Assembly (NCBI GenBank): GCA_965197745.1
Contig: CBDANS010000007.1
Coordinates: 256,001-320,000 of the forward strand
Length of the DNA stretch: 64,000 nucleotides
Source: Opitutales bacterium
Lineage (GTDB): Bacteria > Verrucomicrobiota > Verrucomicrobiia > Opitutales > PNEW01
Direction: 5' to 3'
Of this stretch, positions 62,427 through 64,000 are shown piece by piece. Position 1 is the first letter of the stretch; each line of letters begins with the position of its first letter. Under the pieces are notes generated by a model. The model worked only from the letters and a program-made list of their open reading frames with translations, made no database searches and had not been told where the DNA came from. The position numbers were made by a program, and so were the translations under genes.

Positions 62427-63440
62427 ATGTTTTTTAAAACAATATTTTTTATTCTTTTAATCATTTATGCCGCATCCCCATTGTCGCTAATAGCACAAAC
62501 GGTACCTGATATCGATCCGGGGGCACCTCCCAATATTGATCCCGGGACACCACCGGAGATAACCCCTGATCCTAATCCACCCACTGATCCGATCCCCGTA
62601 ATCATCAACGGTGATGGAACGACCAATCTGAATGGTATTGATCTCAACAATCTGGTCCACCCGAACGGAAACATCTATGACCAGATCCTGATGACCGGGA
62701 AATCGATTACCTTCCGGGCTGACGAGGGGCAAATTACCCGTATTTCTTTTATCGATATTAATGATGATATCGTTCAATTGGAATTTTCAGGTTCGGGTAC
62801 TTTTCAGGTGTCTATGGACGATGATAGTTTTTCGGAACCCGCGCGGCCGGTTAATTACTCGCAGGAAGTGGATTATGTTAAAGGATTACCGACAATCATA
62901 ATAAGCGGAGCGAATGACACCACCAACGTGGGCTCTTTTGCCGTCAATTCTTTATCTTCTCCAGGAACAACGATTCTTATTGAAGGGATTAATTACGATG
63001 CCATTGCCAATATTGCCTTCCTTGAAGTGTCGGGAACGGGCATGGCCAGCATCGGATTAGGCAATGTTGTTTTTACCGGCACGCAGGGCAGTGTTGGCAT
63101 CAATGCCCCTGTCCCGGTATCAGGTCGGGTGATCATTAATGATATCGACGCGCAGGGGTCAGCGACTCCGTTCCTTCTCTTAGATGAAAGTTCGCCTATC
63201 GCTGATCCATTAGGTTCTCAAAAAAGTGTACGCATAGCAGGAGGTGATCTCTCCCAATCGAATGGGCGTGCCATTATCGTCGCCCCCATTTCAAGCAGTA
63301 ATGCGGGTTTCACAAATATCATCTCACAGAATAATTTCAAAGCGGATGGGACACCCCTTTCACCGCAAACCATTTCCGCCACCCTTACTAATTCGCAGAG
63401 TGAGCCCATTATAGTGACGTCAGAGATACAAAATTTTTGA
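62427..63440 (+). CDS. Secreted hypothetical protein with Pro-rich repeats and a beta-rich domain
   Basis: Signal peptide, PDIDPG/PNIDPG repeats, then HPNGNIYDQILMTG...DDIVQLEFSGSG. Confidence 0.7.
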   Translation: MFFKTIFFILLIIYAASPLSLIAQTVPDIDPGAPPNIDPGTPPEITPDPNPPTDPIPVIINGDGTTNLNGIDLNNLVHPNGNIYDQILMTGKSITFRADEGQITRISFIDINDDIVQLEFSGSGTFQVSMDDDSFSEPARPVNYSQEVDYVKGLPTIIISGANDTTNVGSFAVNSLSSPGTTILIEGINYDAIANIAFLEVSGTGMASIGLGNVVFTGTQGSVGINAPVPVSGRVIINDIDAQGSATPFLLLDESSPIADPLGSQKSVRIAGGDLSQSNGRAIIVAPISSSNAGFTNIISQNNFKADGTPLSPQTISATLTNSQSEPIIVTSEIQNF

Positions 63441-63500
63441 GGCAAATCTGCGCCTCAAACTAAGTATCATCATTAGCGAGACGTGCTATATCTCCAGAAA

Positions 63501-64000
63501 ATGGTCCCACATTTTAATAAATCTATTTTTGTTTTAACCACTGCCGCTTTGCTTTTAGCAGGTGTCAGTTATGGCCAGGGTGGGATTGATCCTCAAGCCA
63601 TATGGCCGGAAGCCCGGAATATCGGCGATGGCCGGAGAGTTTCCTCCTGGTTTGGTTCTTTTAATATCAGCCGTGTGCCCTGGATCAGGCATGACGAGCT
63701 GGATTGGTTAAAGGTGGCCGATGGTAGCACGCAGTTCAGCCTCTATCTCTTTGATCCTGCTTTAGGGTGGTTGTGGACTAACCGTGAGATCTATCCCATA
63801 CTCTACAGTTTTAACCGTGCAGCATGGTTGTCTTACGCTGAGGGAACTTCAAATCCTCGATTTTTTTACGATTTTGCATTGGAGGATTGGATTACCCTCT
63901 TTGCCCAGGACGATAATTCGGGGCCGGTTTTGAACGGCTTCAATATTTTTAATACTTCCTTGCCGCTAAATGAGGTGCTCGTGGGTGGGGTTCCGCGAGA
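63501..64000 (+). CDS. Secreted protein running off the window: Trp-rich domain followed by the probable start of a DUF3179-like domain
   Basis: Not in the ORF track (no stop in window). I translated it by hand: MVPHFNKSIFVLTTAALLLAGVSYG...SSWFG...PWIRH...LGWLWT...SLPLNEVLVGGVPR. Confidence 0.7.
   Translation, partial: MVPHFNKSIFVLTTAALLLAGVSYGQGGIDPQAIWPEARNIGDGRRVSSWFGSFNISRVPWIRHDELDWLKVADGSTQFSLYLFDPALGWLWTNREIYPILYSFNRAAWLSYAEGTSNPRFFYDFALEDWITLFAQDDNSGPVLNGFNIFNTSLPLNEVLVGGVPR

Overview
This is a 64 kb bacterial chromosomal window of moderate GC. It most likely comes from a Verrucomicrobiota (Opitutales-like) organism; that is inferred from the PEP-CTERM proteins, fused SecDF, single-subunit GlyRS and secreted proteins resembling those of Opitutus. 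Most of it is housekeeping: acs, cbpA-like, trpS, hisG, rpsA, a sigma70 factor, trpE, amt, glgC, dinB, glyQS, recJ-secDF-yajC, gcvTH, lgt and gltBD. Four accessory areas stand out. (1) At 35.5-39.7 kb is a translationally coupled operon encoding a PqqD/RRE protein that carries its own lasso-leader-like C-terminal peptide, an HPr-kinase-like kinase, two GT2 glycosyltransferases and a nucleotidyltransferase. No lasso cyclase or peptidase is present, so it is a candidate uncharacterised RiPP or protein-modification system. (2) At 45.1-50.3 kb are three tandem PEP-CTERM surface-protein paralogs, each broken by a different lesion, two with near-identical 3' ends, set among REP-like inverted repeats. 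(3) At 59.3-64 kb is an extracytoplasmic redox locus: a DUF4266-like CxxC lipoprotein, a TlpA-beta-barrel fusion, a second TlpA and a DUF3179-like protein, the last two sharing a mobile Trp-rich domain. (4) At 30.3-33.5 kb is an operon of a FumI-like aminotransferase, an SCP2-like protein and an MGDG-synthase-like glycosyltransferase. An OmpR-family regulator is frameshifted in a T6 run. I recognised no rRNA, tRNA, CRISPR array or transposase. All family calls are from motifs read by eye; no database searches were run.
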